From a virus: a stretch of 64,000 nucleotides of DNA. Of the stretch, positions 8,950 to 18,016 are shown piece after piece (the first letter of the stretch is position 1; the number at the start of each line of letters is the position of its first letter). Where the stretch lies: positions 7,834 to 71,833 of the IMG/VR virus record IMGVR_UViG_645058813_000003. One strand, written 5' to 3'. Below the pieces are notes generated by a model that saw nothing but the letters and a program-made list of their open reading frames with translations, ran no database searches and had not been told where the DNA came from. Position numbers and translations under genes: made by a program.

Positions 8950-9422
8950 TGGGGAAGGTATCTTGTCCAGTATGTGGTAGGATTCACGATAGGAACTACA
9001 TATGTGAAGCTAAGAAGAAAGCTAAGTTAGATAAGAGTAAAAGAGATAGAAGCAGATTAGATAATAAAGTATTTAGTTCTAGCAAGTGGAAGAAATTAAG
9101 AAATAGAATAGTAGAAGATTATAATAATATAGATTTGTTTAGTTATTATATATTTGGTAAGGTAGAAGTAGCAGAAGTAGTGCATCATATTGTAGAGTTT
9201 ATGCAGGACGAGGAGCTAGCGTTTGACGAGGATAACCTGATACCTTTATCGAATTATACACATTTAAGTATTGTTCACAAGTTGTACAAAACTAAATGTA
9301 AAAATGAAATACAAAATATGTTAAGAGATATGATTAAAGATTATTGGAATGATAATAAAGAATTTGGAAGTTATAAAGAAAGATATAATAAGATTGTAAA
9401 AGAATTTGGAATGAATATATAG
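8949..9422 (+). CDS. Packaging-associated HNH endonuclease
   Basis: CPVCGRIH N-terminus; VHHIVE...DEDNLIPL...H; position just before terS. Confidence 0.8.
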   Translation: MGKVSCPVCGRIHDRNYICEAKKKAKLDKSKRDRSRLDNKVFSSSKWKKLRNRIVEDYNNIDLFSYYIFGKVEVAEVVHHIVEFMQDEELAFDEDNLIPLSNYTHLSIVHKLYKTKCKNEIQNMLRDMIKDYWNDNKEFGSYKERYNKIVKEFGMNI

Positions 9423-9571
9423 TAAGTTAGTGTTGATTAAATAATAATTGTTATTGATTAGATAGTAGATAATTTATATTCATTTATTGTATATGTAAAG
9501 ATATTAAAAATTATAAAGAATGTGATTATAGATAGTAATTTGTTACTGTCTTTTTACTTTGCAACTAAATA

Positions 9572-9583
9572 GAACAAATGTTT
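9572..9583. promoter_or_regulatory. Possible LexA/DinR box (one mismatch)
   Basis: GAAC-AAAT-GTTT versus Firmicute GAAC-N4-GTTC. Confidence 0.25.
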
Positions 9584-9610
9584 GTATAGTGATGGTGAGG
9601 TATGGAAAAT

Positions 9611-9710
9611 GATAGGGAAATAATTTATATCCCCCATGCTTATAAATGGCTTGGTTATGAGATTTGTAACAAAACAATGCCTCCCCTACTTAAATTAATT
9701 TCCCTAAATG
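9611..9710 (+). other. Probable cos/packaging-initiation region of prophage 1
   Basis: GC-enriched patch (TCCCCCATGC...GCCTCCCCTAC...TTTCCC) between HNH and terS, the usual cos position in HK97-like phages. Confidence 0.4.
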
Positions 9711-9762
9711 ACGATTTTACAATAACTAGCCTTAAATAATAAATACTATCAACAGAAAGGAT

Positions 9763-10233
9763 GTGATAAAAGTGGCTAGACCGTCAATGAGTGCTTCTGT
9801 TACAAGTAAGCATTTAACAGAAGAAGAAAGAAAAAATAAGGTTGAGACAGAGCAAAAATTGAAAGGTAATGGTGAAAAAATAAAGCCACCTAAGCACCTT
9901 TCAAAAGAACAAAAAAAGATATTTAAATATATAGTAAATGAGTTAGTTAATTCTGAAATATTAGGGAATTTAGATATTTATGTTTTGTCTACTTGTTCTA
10001 TTTGTATAGACCGATTACAAGAGATTGAAAAATTAATAAATGAAGATATTGAAAAATTAAATGATAGAAAATTAATGGGGAGTAGAAAAGATTATCAATC
10101 TGATTTGTTTAGGTGTATGAGTGAATTATCTATGACACCTGCAAGTAGAGCAAAGTTAGGTAATTTAAATTTACAAGCACAACAAAACAAAGAAGATCCA
10201 GTTCTAAAAGAAATAGGTGGTGATAACAAATGA
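9763..10233 (+). CDS. Terminase small subunit (P27 family)
   Basis: ARP...KHLTEEE; KPPKHLS; ELSMTPASRAKL. Confidence 0.9.
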   Translation: MIKVARPSMSASVTSKHLTEEERKNKVETEQKLKGNGEKIKPPKHLSKEQKKIFKYIVNELVNSEILGNLDIYVLSTCSICIDRLQEIEKLINEDIEKLNDRKLMGSRKDYQSDLFRCMSELSMTPASRAKLGNLNLQAQQNKEDPVLKEIGGDNK

Positions 10234-11912
10234 TGTTATTAGATAATGCTATAAAATATGCAAATGATGTTGTAAATGGTAATGAAATAACTACAAAAGA
10301 AGTAGTTCAGCAATGTAAAATATTTTTAAATGATTATAAAAACAGACAATATAATGATGATTTTAAATATTATTTTGATGAAAATAAACTTCAAACAATA
10401 GAAAATCTATTGAAATTATTTAACTATGCAACAGGATTTGTAGCAGGACAACCAGTTTTAGAAGGGATAGTACCTTTTCAATGTTTCTTTTTGACAAATG
10501 TTTTCGGTTGGAGATTTAAAGATAAGACTAATAAGTTTAGATATAACGATATAACACTTTATATCGCTAGAAAAAATGCAAAAACTTGGTTAGTATCTTT
10601 AGTATTTATATTATTAATGTTAACTGAGCAGAACTATAGTGAATTTTATTCTATATGTTTAAGTAAAGAATTAGCAAGTGAAATAAGAAAAGCAATGGTA
10701 CAAACTTTAGAGTCTAGTCCATACATATTAAAGCATTTTAAGATAAGTAAAACTCTAACTGGTAGGATAGAGTGTAAATTGACACATAGCTTTTTCCAAC
10801 CTAGAGTAGCAGAAGCAGGAAAGAATAACTCTGTTAGACCTAGTGCGTTCGTAAGTGATGAACATGGTAATTTTAAAGAAAATAGTAACTTTAAAGCTAT
10901 GCAAAGTGGACAAAAGAATGTTGTAAACCCTTTAACTTTTAGAACAACTACAGCTTATGCAATAGATAACTCTATAATGTTAAGTGATTTAGATTATATT
11001 AGAAAAGTTTTAGATGGAGTTGTTGAAAATGAAAGACAATTTGCATTATTATATTATTCTACGAAAGAAAATTTATGGAATGATACTGGAATGTATATGG
11101 CTTGTCCTTTACGAGTAGAAGAGAATTATGAAACTATTAGGGAAACTAGAGCAAAAGCACTTGTTAAAGAAGATGAGGTTGAAGAGTATATAACAAAAGA
11201 TATGAATTATTTCTTACCTGCTAATAGTGGTGAAAGTTTCACGAATGCAGAAGAAATAGAAGGTTGTAAAACTGAAAAAGATATAGATTGGACTGGAAGA
11301 AGTGTATATTTAGGTGTCGATTTAGCAGAAACCGATGACAACACAGCGGTGACCATGGTTACTTATGATGAAGATACCGAAACAATTTATGTTAAAAGTT
11401 GGGCTATTATTCCAAGCGATAGGGTAGAAATGAAGTCACAACGAGAAAGAGTTGATTATAAAAGAGAAATAGAAAAAGGTAATTGTTTTAGTTGTGGCGA
11501 TGATAGAGTTGATTATAAACGGATTGAAGATTTTGTATTAGGAATAGAAAAAAAGTATAAAGTAAATGTAATACAACTAGGATATGACAGAAGAAATGCA
11601 ATGAGTTCAGCTCAGAAATGGGAAGATAACAACATAGAATGTGTTGAAGTTATACAATTTAGTAGAGTTTTACACGCTCCGATTAAATGGTTACATGAGT
11701 GTTTATTATCTAAAAAAATAAAATACTATAATAATAAACTATTAGATATTGAATTAATGAATTGTAGAGCAAAAAGAGATACAAATATGGGGTGGTACTT
11801 AGATAAAAAAGCTAGTGCAGGTAAAATAGACATGGTATTTGCATTAGTGGATGCTTTATATCTATTACAACAAGAATTATTAGAAGGACAAACTTGGGTG
11901 TCACAAAGATAA
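10230..11912 (+). CDS. Terminase large subunit
   Basis: IARKNAKT Walker A region, FVSDEHG Walker B, LGVDLAETDD nuclease motif, KIDMVFA. Confidence 0.95.
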   Translation: MMLLDNAIKYANDVVNGNEITTKEVVQQCKIFLNDYKNRQYNDDFKYYFDENKLQTIENLLKLFNYATGFVAGQPVLEGIVPFQCFFLTNVFGWRFKDKTNKFRYNDITLYIARKNAKTWLVSLVFILLMLTEQNYSEFYSICLSKELASEIRKAMVQTLESSPYILKHFKISKTLTGRIECKLTHSFFQPRVAEAGKNNSVRPSAFVSDEHGNFKENSNFKAMQSGQKNVVNPLTFRTTTAYAIDNSIMLSDLDYIRKVLDGVVENERQFALLYYSTKENLWNDTGMYMACPLRVEENYETIRETRAKALVKEDEVEEYITKDMNYFLPANSGESFTNAEEIEGCKTEKDIDWTGRSVYLGVDLAETDDNTAVTMVTYDEDTETIYVKSWAIIPSDRVEMKSQRERVDYKREIEKGNCFSCGDDRVDYKRIEDFVLGIEKKYKVNVIQLGYDRRNAMSSAQKWEDNNIECVEVIQFSRVLHAPIKWLHECLLSKKIKYYNNKLLDIELMNCRAKRDTNMGWYLDKKASAGKIDMVFALVDALYLLQQELLEGQTWVSQR

Positions 11913-11961
11913 TTTTTTATTAAAGTCAAAATCAGTAAAATAATATAGAAAGGAAGGTGAA

Positions 11962-13224
11962 TTGATGGGATTTTTAATGGAAACTAGAGCAGATAATAAT
12001 CAAACGTTACAACAAATTTTAAATACTACAATAGATTCTATAGTAGTAAATAAAGACACTATAAGTAATATAAGTGCTGTATATAGTTGCTTAGATTTTA
12101 TAACGTCTATTATAGCAAGTTTAGATTTTAAACTATATAAAAAGACTAATACTAATAAATTAGAAGAAATAAGAGACGATAAAAGATTATTTTTGCTTAA
12201 TAAAGAACCAAATTATTTTTGCAACTCAACTCAACTCAAGAAAGATATTGTAAGAGATATGTTAATAGATGGGATTGGATATATTAATGTAGAAAAAAAC
12301 AATAATGAATTTGAGAATTTATACTACGTAGATAGTAATGTTATTAGTGTAATGCTAGACTCTGAAGCAATACATAAAGATGTAATTATAAGCGTACAAG
12401 GGCAAGAGATGGACATAAGCGATTTTATAATTGCAACATTATCTGTAAAAAATTCTATAGAAGGAAATGGAATGTTAAAGCAAAATAAAGACTTATTTAA
12501 ACTTGCTTTAACATTGCAAAATTACTTTAATAAAAATTTAGAATCTGGTGGAGGTCGTAAAGGTATTTGGAAAAGTGAAGGTAAGCAATTAGGCAGTAGC
12601 GAATTTGCACAATTTAAACAAGATGCAAAGGATATACAAAATACAGATCAACCAATAATTTTGAATAAAGGTTTAACCTATACACCTTTGACAAATAGTA
12701 ATAGAGAAATGCAAATAATGGAAAATATGAGGTTTGTAAACGAGGAAATTATACAATTATTTGGATTTCCTAAGATATTAAACTCTGATACTTTTAAAAC
12801 ATTAGTAAAAACTAAAATAAATCCTATAATTAATGCGATTGAAAATGCAGTAGATAAAACTTTATTGTTAGAATCTGAAAAAGAACAAGGATATTGTTTT
12901 AAAATGTACACTGATGAAATTGTAAAAGCTGATATAATTGAAAGATTTAACGCTTATAAACTTAGTTTAGATGCAGGCATAGAAACTGTTAACGAGATTA
13001 GGAATAAAGAAAATTTAGAAAGTGTTAAAGGCATGGATATACACAAAATGACTATTGGTCAAGCACTTTATAATAGTGATGATGGTAGCTGGTTTATACC
13101 AAATACAGGAGTAAAAATGGACAAAGAAGGTGACGTTGCGATAAATGGAGAAATTAAGGGAACTGAAAATAAAGCTGAAAATAAAAATAATATCAAACTG
13201 GGAAAAGATAGTACAACAATATAA
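11962..13224 (+). CDS. Portal protein (HK97 family)
   Basis: SAVYSCL..I.S.IASL; LLNKEPN; TVNEIRNKENL. Confidence 0.9.
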   Translation: MMGFLMETRADNNQTLQQILNTTIDSIVVNKDTISNISAVYSCLDFITSIIASLDFKLYKKTNTNKLEEIRDDKRLFLLNKEPNYFCNSTQLKKDIVRDMLIDGIGYINVEKNNNEFENLYYVDSNVISVMLDSEAIHKDVIISVQGQEMDISDFIIATLSVKNSIEGNGMLKQNKDLFKLALTLQNYFNKNLESGGGRKGIWKSEGKQLGSSEFAQFKQDAKDIQNTDQPIILNKGLTYTPLTNSNREMQIMENMRFVNEEIIQLFGFPKILNSDTFKTLVKTKINPIINAIENAVDKTLLLESEKEQGYCFKMYTDEIVKADIIERFNAYKLSLDAGIETVNEIRNKENLESVKGMDIHKMTIGQALYNSDDGSWFIPNTGVKMDKEGDVAINGEIKGTENKAENKNNIKLGKDSTTI

Positions 13225-13414
13225 AGAAAAAAAATATAAAACAACTAAATATTTTAACAATAATAAAGAAGATTTATGGTTCTTAGGTGCTATAATATCT
13301 TCTTTATTATTTATATTAATTAAATTTGGATTATTATATACACTACCATTAGCAACTTTAGTTTGTGTTATTAGGTGCATAATAATTATTTATTCTAAAG
13401 CTAAAAGGGGGTGA
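13145..13414 (+). CDS. Small membrane protein between portal and protease (true start may be downstream)
   Basis: Two hydrophobic segments; overlaps portal 3' end. Confidence 0.5.
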   Translation: MEKLRELKIKLKIKIISNWEKIVQQYKEKKYKTTKYFNNNKEDLWFLGAIISSLLFILIKFGLLYTLPLATLVCVIRCIIIIYSKAKRG

Positions 13415-13418
13415 ATAG

Positions 13419-14012
13419 ATGGAAATTAGACTATTACAAGATAGTGTTGAGTTAGAAGGTTATATAAATGTAACCGAAAGAAAATCTAAAATTATGAAAG
13501 ATAGCAAAGGTAAAAATTTTGTTGAAGTAATAAAACAAGGCACTTTTAAAAGAGCATTAGAAAGAAATAAAAATGTTTTAATGTTGCTAGACCATGATAC
13601 AAATAAGCAAATTGGCAAAGTTGGGGACAATGTAGAGTTAAAAGAAGACAGTATAGGTCTACATTATAGAGCAAATATAAGTGATGCAGCAACAGTTCAA
13701 TTAGCTAAAGATAATAATTTGGTTGGTTGTTCTTTTGGTTTTAATAATCCAGTAGATTCTAAGAAAAAGATAGGAGTATTAGAGCAAAGAGATATTAAAA
13801 ATTTAGATTTATTTGAGGTATCTATACTTAGTAATAAGAAAAACCCTGCATATAGTGGTTGTTCTGTAGAAGTTAGAAATTTAGAAGATAGCAACAAAAA
13901 TATTGAACTAGAGATAAGAGAATTAGAAGATTATTTAAGTGATAATGAAAAAGTTGATATGAGTTCTGTGTATAATGCAGACCTATTTATATTAAAACAT
14001 AAAAATATTTAA
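13419..14012 (+). CDS. Prohead protease (HK97 type)
   Basis: FVEVIKQGTF, LLDHD, LKEDSIGL, GCSFGF, LFEVSI, PAY. Confidence 0.9.
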   Translation: MEIRLLQDSVELEGYINVTERKSKIMKDSKGKNFVEVIKQGTFKRALERNKNVLMLLDHDTNKQIGKVGDNVELKEDSIGLHYRANISDAATVQLAKDNNLVGCSFGFNNPVDSKKKIGVLEQRDIKNLDLFEVSILSNKKNPAYSGCSVEVRNLEDSNKNIELEIRELEDYLSDNEKVDMSSVYNADLFILKHKNI

Positions 14013-14033
14013 AAATGAAAGGATGATTTAAAA

Positions 14034-15266
14034 ATGAGTAATATAAAAGCAATAATTGAAAAGAGAAATAGTTTAGTAGAAGAAATGGAGGGACTAGTAA
14101 ATAAGGCAACTGAGGAAGTAAGAGCCTTTGACGAAACTGAAAATAGTAGGGTAGAAGCAATAAAAACAGAAGTAAGAGGACTAGAAGAAGTGATTAAAGC
14201 TAATAAAGACAAAAAAAATAAAATGATAGTTGATGATGAAAAAATGAAAGAAAATAAAAAAGAAATTGGAAAGGATGATGAAAAGATGGAAAAAAGAAGT
14301 ATAGCAGAAGAACTAGTAGGGGGAAAATCTATAAACTTAAATGATTTAGAAGTCAGAGCAACAGTTTCGGAAGGAATTTCTACTGGTGGAAATGTAGCAA
14401 TAGGAAAGGATGTAGTAGGACAATCTTGGGCTGATAGTATTATAAGACAAGTTGAATATGTTTCTCCATTATATGGAATGGCAAATAAGATTAATACAAC
14501 ATCTCCACATAACATTCCACTACAAGGAAACAAGATTGGAAAATTTGTTAAAACAGCAGAATTAGGTACATATAAAGCACAATTAGCAGATTTTAAGACT
14601 AAAACTTTAGGTGCAGTTAAATATACTAATTTATTTACAGTATCTAACGAATTAATGCAAGATTCTATGTATAATATCGAAGCAGAATTAATTGCACAAA
14701 CTAAAGAAGCATTAGCACAAACATTAGACGAATTAGTTATTAAGGGAGATAAAGCTGAAGGCGTAGAAGGATTAGAAATGTTACCTGCTGAAAGAGAAAT
14801 TGTAGCTGGTGGAGTGAAGAAAATATCCGAAGCAGATTTATTAAATATGTTTTATGGGGTTAAATCAGCATATAGACAAAATGCAGTTTGGATTTTCAAT
14901 GATGCAACTTGTAGAGAATTAGCAAAATTAAAAGATGCCCAAAATCGACCACTTTTAACACAATCTTATAATGTAGCACCAGTCGGATCTACAGAAACAG
15001 CAGGAGTAACTACATTCTTATTAGGAAAACCAGTTATAGTAAATGATTTTGTACCTGCAATTGATAGTGCAACAGTTGAAAAATGTGCGTATTTTGGAGA
15101 TTTTAATAAGGTAATTACAATTGGACTAAGAAAGAACTTTGAAATGCAAAAATCATTAGAAGTTGGATTCTTAGAAGATTATATTGCTGTTAAGTCTTCT
15201 ATCAGATTAGATGCAAAATTAATAGATGAAAAGGCAATGGTTTCTTTAAAATCTAAAATAGCATAA
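14034..15266 (+). CDS. Major capsid protein (HK97 fold)
   Basis: Coiled-coil delta domain, VSNELMQDS, AVWIFND, LLGKPVIVNDF, YFGDF. Confidence 0.92.
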   Translation: MSNIKAIIEKRNSLVEEMEGLVNKATEEVRAFDETENSRVEAIKTEVRGLEEVIKANKDKKNKMIVDDEKMKENKKEIGKDDEKMEKRSIAEELVGGKSINLNDLEVRATVSEGISTGGNVAIGKDVVGQSWADSIIRQVEYVSPLYGMANKINTTSPHNIPLQGNKIGKFVKTAELGTYKAQLADFKTKTLGAVKYTNLFTVSNELMQDSMYNIEAELIAQTKEALAQTLDELVIKGDKAEGVEGLEMLPAEREIVAGGVKKISEADLLNMFYGVKSAYRQNAVWIFNDATCRELAKLKDAQNRPLLTQSYNVAPVGSTETAGVTTFLLGKPVIVNDFVPAIDSATVEKCAYFGDFNKVITIGLRKNFEMQKSLEVGFLEDYIAVKSSIRLDAKLIDEKAMVSLKSKIA

Positions 15267-15303
15267 TAGGTTAGGGATTTAATCCCTTTCCTAACTAAAA
15301 CAA

Positions 15304-15603
15304 ATGGAAAGGGTGATTATTATAAAAATGAATGAAGTAACAACAGATTTACTTGTTAATTATTGTAATGCGTATGATGAAGATAAACAATTATTAGAAA
15401 TATTTAAAGATGCAAGTGTGGATTATATAAAAAGCTATACTGGGTTAACAGATGAAGAAATAAATAATAAAAATGATTTAACTATAGCTTTATTAGTATT
15501 AGTTTCGGGAATGTTTGATAGTAGAAGCATAGAAGCAGATAAAACAAATATTAATTTAATATTAGATAGTATTCTTGGATTACATTCTAGGAATTTAGTG
15601 TAG
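15304..15603 (+). CDS. Head-tail connector (likely start ATG 15328)
   Basis: A..YIKSYTG...IALLVLVSGMFDSRS pattern; synteny. Confidence 0.8.
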   Translation: MERVIIIKMNEVTTDLLVNYCNAYDEDKQLLEIFKDASVDYIKSYTGLTDEEINNKNDLTIALLVLVSGMFDSRSIEADKTNINLILDSILGLHSRNLV

Positions 15604-15613
15604 AGGTGTTTTA

Positions 15614-15955
15614 ATGAAGATTATTAATAGTGGAGAATTTAAACACCCTATACGAATTGAAAGATTTGTTACTGGGGTTGATGAAGATAACATTCCAACT
15701 GAGGAATGGAAAGATATAATACCAAATAAAGTTTTTAGAACAAAAATAAAAAATACATCTGGTTATGAAAAAATAATAGGACAATCAGATACTTCTATAG
15801 ATAAAAAAAGATTTTATATTAGATATAAAAAAGATTTAAATTTAACAACTAAAGACAGAATTGTTTATAATGAACAGGTTTATGACATTACCTATGTAAG
15901 TGATATTGAAGAAGCACATAAATATTATGAAATAGTAGTAGAGTTGGTGCAATAA
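15614..15955 (+). CDS. Head closure / head-tail adaptor
   Basis: GEFKHPIRI...F.IRY...RIVYNEQVYDI; synteny. Confidence 0.85.
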   Translation: MKIINSGEFKHPIRIERFVTGVDEDNIPTEEWKDIIPNKVFRTKIKNTSGYEKIIGQSDTSIDKKRFYIRYKKDLNLTTKDRIVYNEQVYDITYVSDIEEAHKYYEIVVELVQ

Positions 15956-16362
15956 TGAGTATACAAATAAAAGGTATAAATAATTTAATAAATAGAATTG
16001 GTAAGTTATCTAATATAGAAACTGAAAAAGCTGTAATAAGTGTAGCAAAAGATATAGAAAAAGCTATAAAAGAAAAAGCAAGTGCATTTTCTGATAATGC
16101 AGATGAAATAAAAGCATTTGAGCCTAAGAAGTTTGGAAAATCTACGTATATAGATGTAGGTTTAAAAAGTTCTGAATCTGATTGGGATAAAATAAAAGGT
16201 ATGTATTTTAACAACTATGGGTATCACCCTAGAGGTGGTGCAACCTTTGTAGATAGCCACATTATGTGGTTTGATGAAACAGTACAAGCTAAAGAAAATG
16301 AAATAAAAGTCAAGTTAAAAAATGAACTAAAGAAACAAGTAAAAGAATGTTGGGAGGGATAA
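15955..16362 (+). CDS. HK97 gp10-like neck/tail completion protein
   Basis: IKGINNL start; synteny. Confidence 0.7.
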   Translation: MSIQIKGINNLINRIGKLSNIETEKAVISVAKDIEKAIKEKASAFSDNADEIKAFEPKKFGKSTYIDVGLKSSESDWDKIKGMYFNNYGYHPRGGATFVDSHIMWFDETVQAKENEIKVKLKNELKKQVKECWEG

Positions 16363-16366
16363 TATA

Positions 16367-16693
16367 ATGGATATTGGAGATTTATTAAAACAATCTTTAA
16401 AAGATATTGGATTACCTTCCTACTATCTAAAGAGACAAAGTGATACAAATGAATGTGTAGTTTATACTTACATAGAAACTCCTAAATTGTATGGAGATAA
16501 TGAAGAAATAGCAAGTAAATATACAGTATTATTGAATGTTTATTGTAAAAATAAAATAGAAACTAATAAAAAAAATGTAATACGAGCTATGTTAAAAAAT
16601 GGTTTTAAAAAGAAAATTATATTACAAACTATATTAGAAGAAAATGAATTATATAATACAGCTATGCAATTCACAATTGCTTTAAAAAACTAG
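16367..16693 (+). CDS. Tail terminator-like protein
   Basis: Synteny before major tail protein; VVYTY...DNEE pattern. Confidence 0.7.
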   Translation: MDIGDLLKQSLKDIGLPSYYLKRQSDTNECVVYTYIETPKLYGDNEEIASKYTVLLNVYCKNKIETNKKNVIRAMLKNGFKKKIILQTILEENELYNTAMQFTIALKN

Positions 16694-16767
16694 ACTTTAA
16701 GCAAATAGTCTTAAAACAGGCTTTATTTTTATGTAAAAAATTAAAATTTGAAAGGATATGATAAAAA

Positions 16768-17367
16768 ATGGCAGAAGAAACAGTAAAACAATTTAGAAGT
16801 ATTATAGGAATTAAGGATATACATTTTGCACCTTACAAAGATGGGGTTTGGAAAGCACCAATTAAGGTTAATGGATTGCAAGAATTAGGTATTAAAAATA
16901 CAGTTGCAGAAGGTAGCTTAATTGGTGATATGGTAAAGTTAAAATCTAAATCTAAGAAAACTGGGCTAGAGATTGATTTAACAGTTGCCGAGTGGACACC
17001 AAGTATACAACAAATGTTAGAGGGATCAACACTTGAAAATGGAGAATTAGTATCTAGTGCAGATGATGTAGATGGAGCAGTTGCTTTACTTTGGAAAGAA
17101 ATATATGATAACGGTGATGAAGTATATAACGTTGTTTATAATTGTAAAATTCATAGAGAAAATGCGTTTGAGGGTAAAGGAAATAATGAAAATATTGAAT
17201 TTGCAGTTACAAAGCTAGTTGGTACTGGTTTAGCAGTAACTAATCCAAATACAAATAAATCTGTATTTTCTATGCAATTAGACACAAAAGCAGAAGGTGT
17301 AGATGCAACAAAAGTAGCTAATTTCTTTACAGCAGTGCAACACGCAGGTAAAAAAGTAGGAGCATAA
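16768..17367 (+). CDS. Major tail protein (phi13-like)
   Basis: IGIKDIHFA start; size and synteny. Confidence 0.8.
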   Translation: MAEETVKQFRSIIGIKDIHFAPYKDGVWKAPIKVNGLQELGIKNTVAEGSLIGDMVKLKSKSKKTGLEIDLTVAEWTPSIQQMLEGSTLENGELVSSADDVDGAVALLWKEIYDNGDEVYNVVYNCKIHRENAFEGKGNNENIEFAVTKLVGTGLAVTNPNTNKSVFSMQLDTKAEGVDATKVANFFTAVQHAGKKVGA

Positions 17368-17447
17368 TAATTAATTTATAAAAGGCATTACTTAATTGTA
17401 GTGTCTTTTATTAAGTTAATTAAAAAAAAGAAAGGATTGATATAAAA

Positions 17448-17780
17448 ATGAGTAATTTAAAAAGAAAAATAGAAAATATAAAAATTGATGATAAAGAATA
17501 TGTAATGGCTTTTGATATGGAAAGTTGCGAGGTATTTAAAGAACTGAGTGGACAAAATTTATTATCTAGTTTACTTAAATTAAATGAACTTGATGACGTG
17601 ACAGTTTTATACTTTTTAGCAAGTATTTTAAGAGATAAAGAAACAGAGAAAATATTAGGAAATGATTTACTAATTGGAGATTATGACTTATTTACAACGA
17701 TGATAGGTTTATTACCAAACGTCATTAATATTGTAACCAGTGGGTTCCCACAAGCTGAGGAAAACGAAGAAAAAAACTAA
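17448..17780 (+). CDS. Tail assembly chaperone (G-like)
   Basis: Between major tail and tape measure; ends ...EEKN* on slippery site. Confidence 0.8.
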   Translation: MSNLKRKIENIKIDDKEYVMAFDMESCEVFKELSGQNLLSSLLKLNELDDVTVLYFLASILRDKETEKILGNDLLIGDYDLFTTMIGLLPNVINIVTSGFPQAEENEEKN

Positions 17781-17998
17781 TTAGCAATAATAGAGAATTA
17801 GAAGATTTAGATGTCGATTATCTTTATTATTGCTATACAAAAATATTAGAAAATGATGAGGAAAGTTTTTGGAAAAGTACACCTCGAAAAATTTTTAAAC
17901 TATTAGATATTCACACAAATATTAACAATCCAAAACAAAATAAAAATAGTGGATATAGTGAAAATTCAGAGAAGAAAACTTATAAAGTATTAGATTAG
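17771..17998 (+). CDS. -1 frameshift extension of the tail chaperone (GT-like)
   Basis: A-AAA-AAC heptamer 17771-17777; -1 frame open to TAG 17996-98 with no ATG (KLISNNRELEDLDVDYLYYCY...SFWKSTPRK...). Confidence 0.8.
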   Translation, partial: KKLISNNRELEDLDVDYLYYCYTKILENDEESFWKSTPRKIFKLLDIHTNINNPKQNKNSGYSENSEKKTYKVLD

Positions 17999-18016
17999 GA
18001 GGGAGGCAATTCAAAG

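Noticed and set aside
10230-11912. Walker A 'KNAKT/KNAKS' lacking the usual Gly as a sign of inactive terminases
   Set aside because: Both independent prophages show the same variant, so it is a family trait rather than decay.
14009-14533. Long antisense ORFs in the track (e.g. 14009-14533, 13015-13380, 26297-26800, 51406-51867, 57641-58015)
   Set aside because: Shadows of well-supported genes on the opposite strand, with low-complexity F/L/S/I-rich translations and no RBS.
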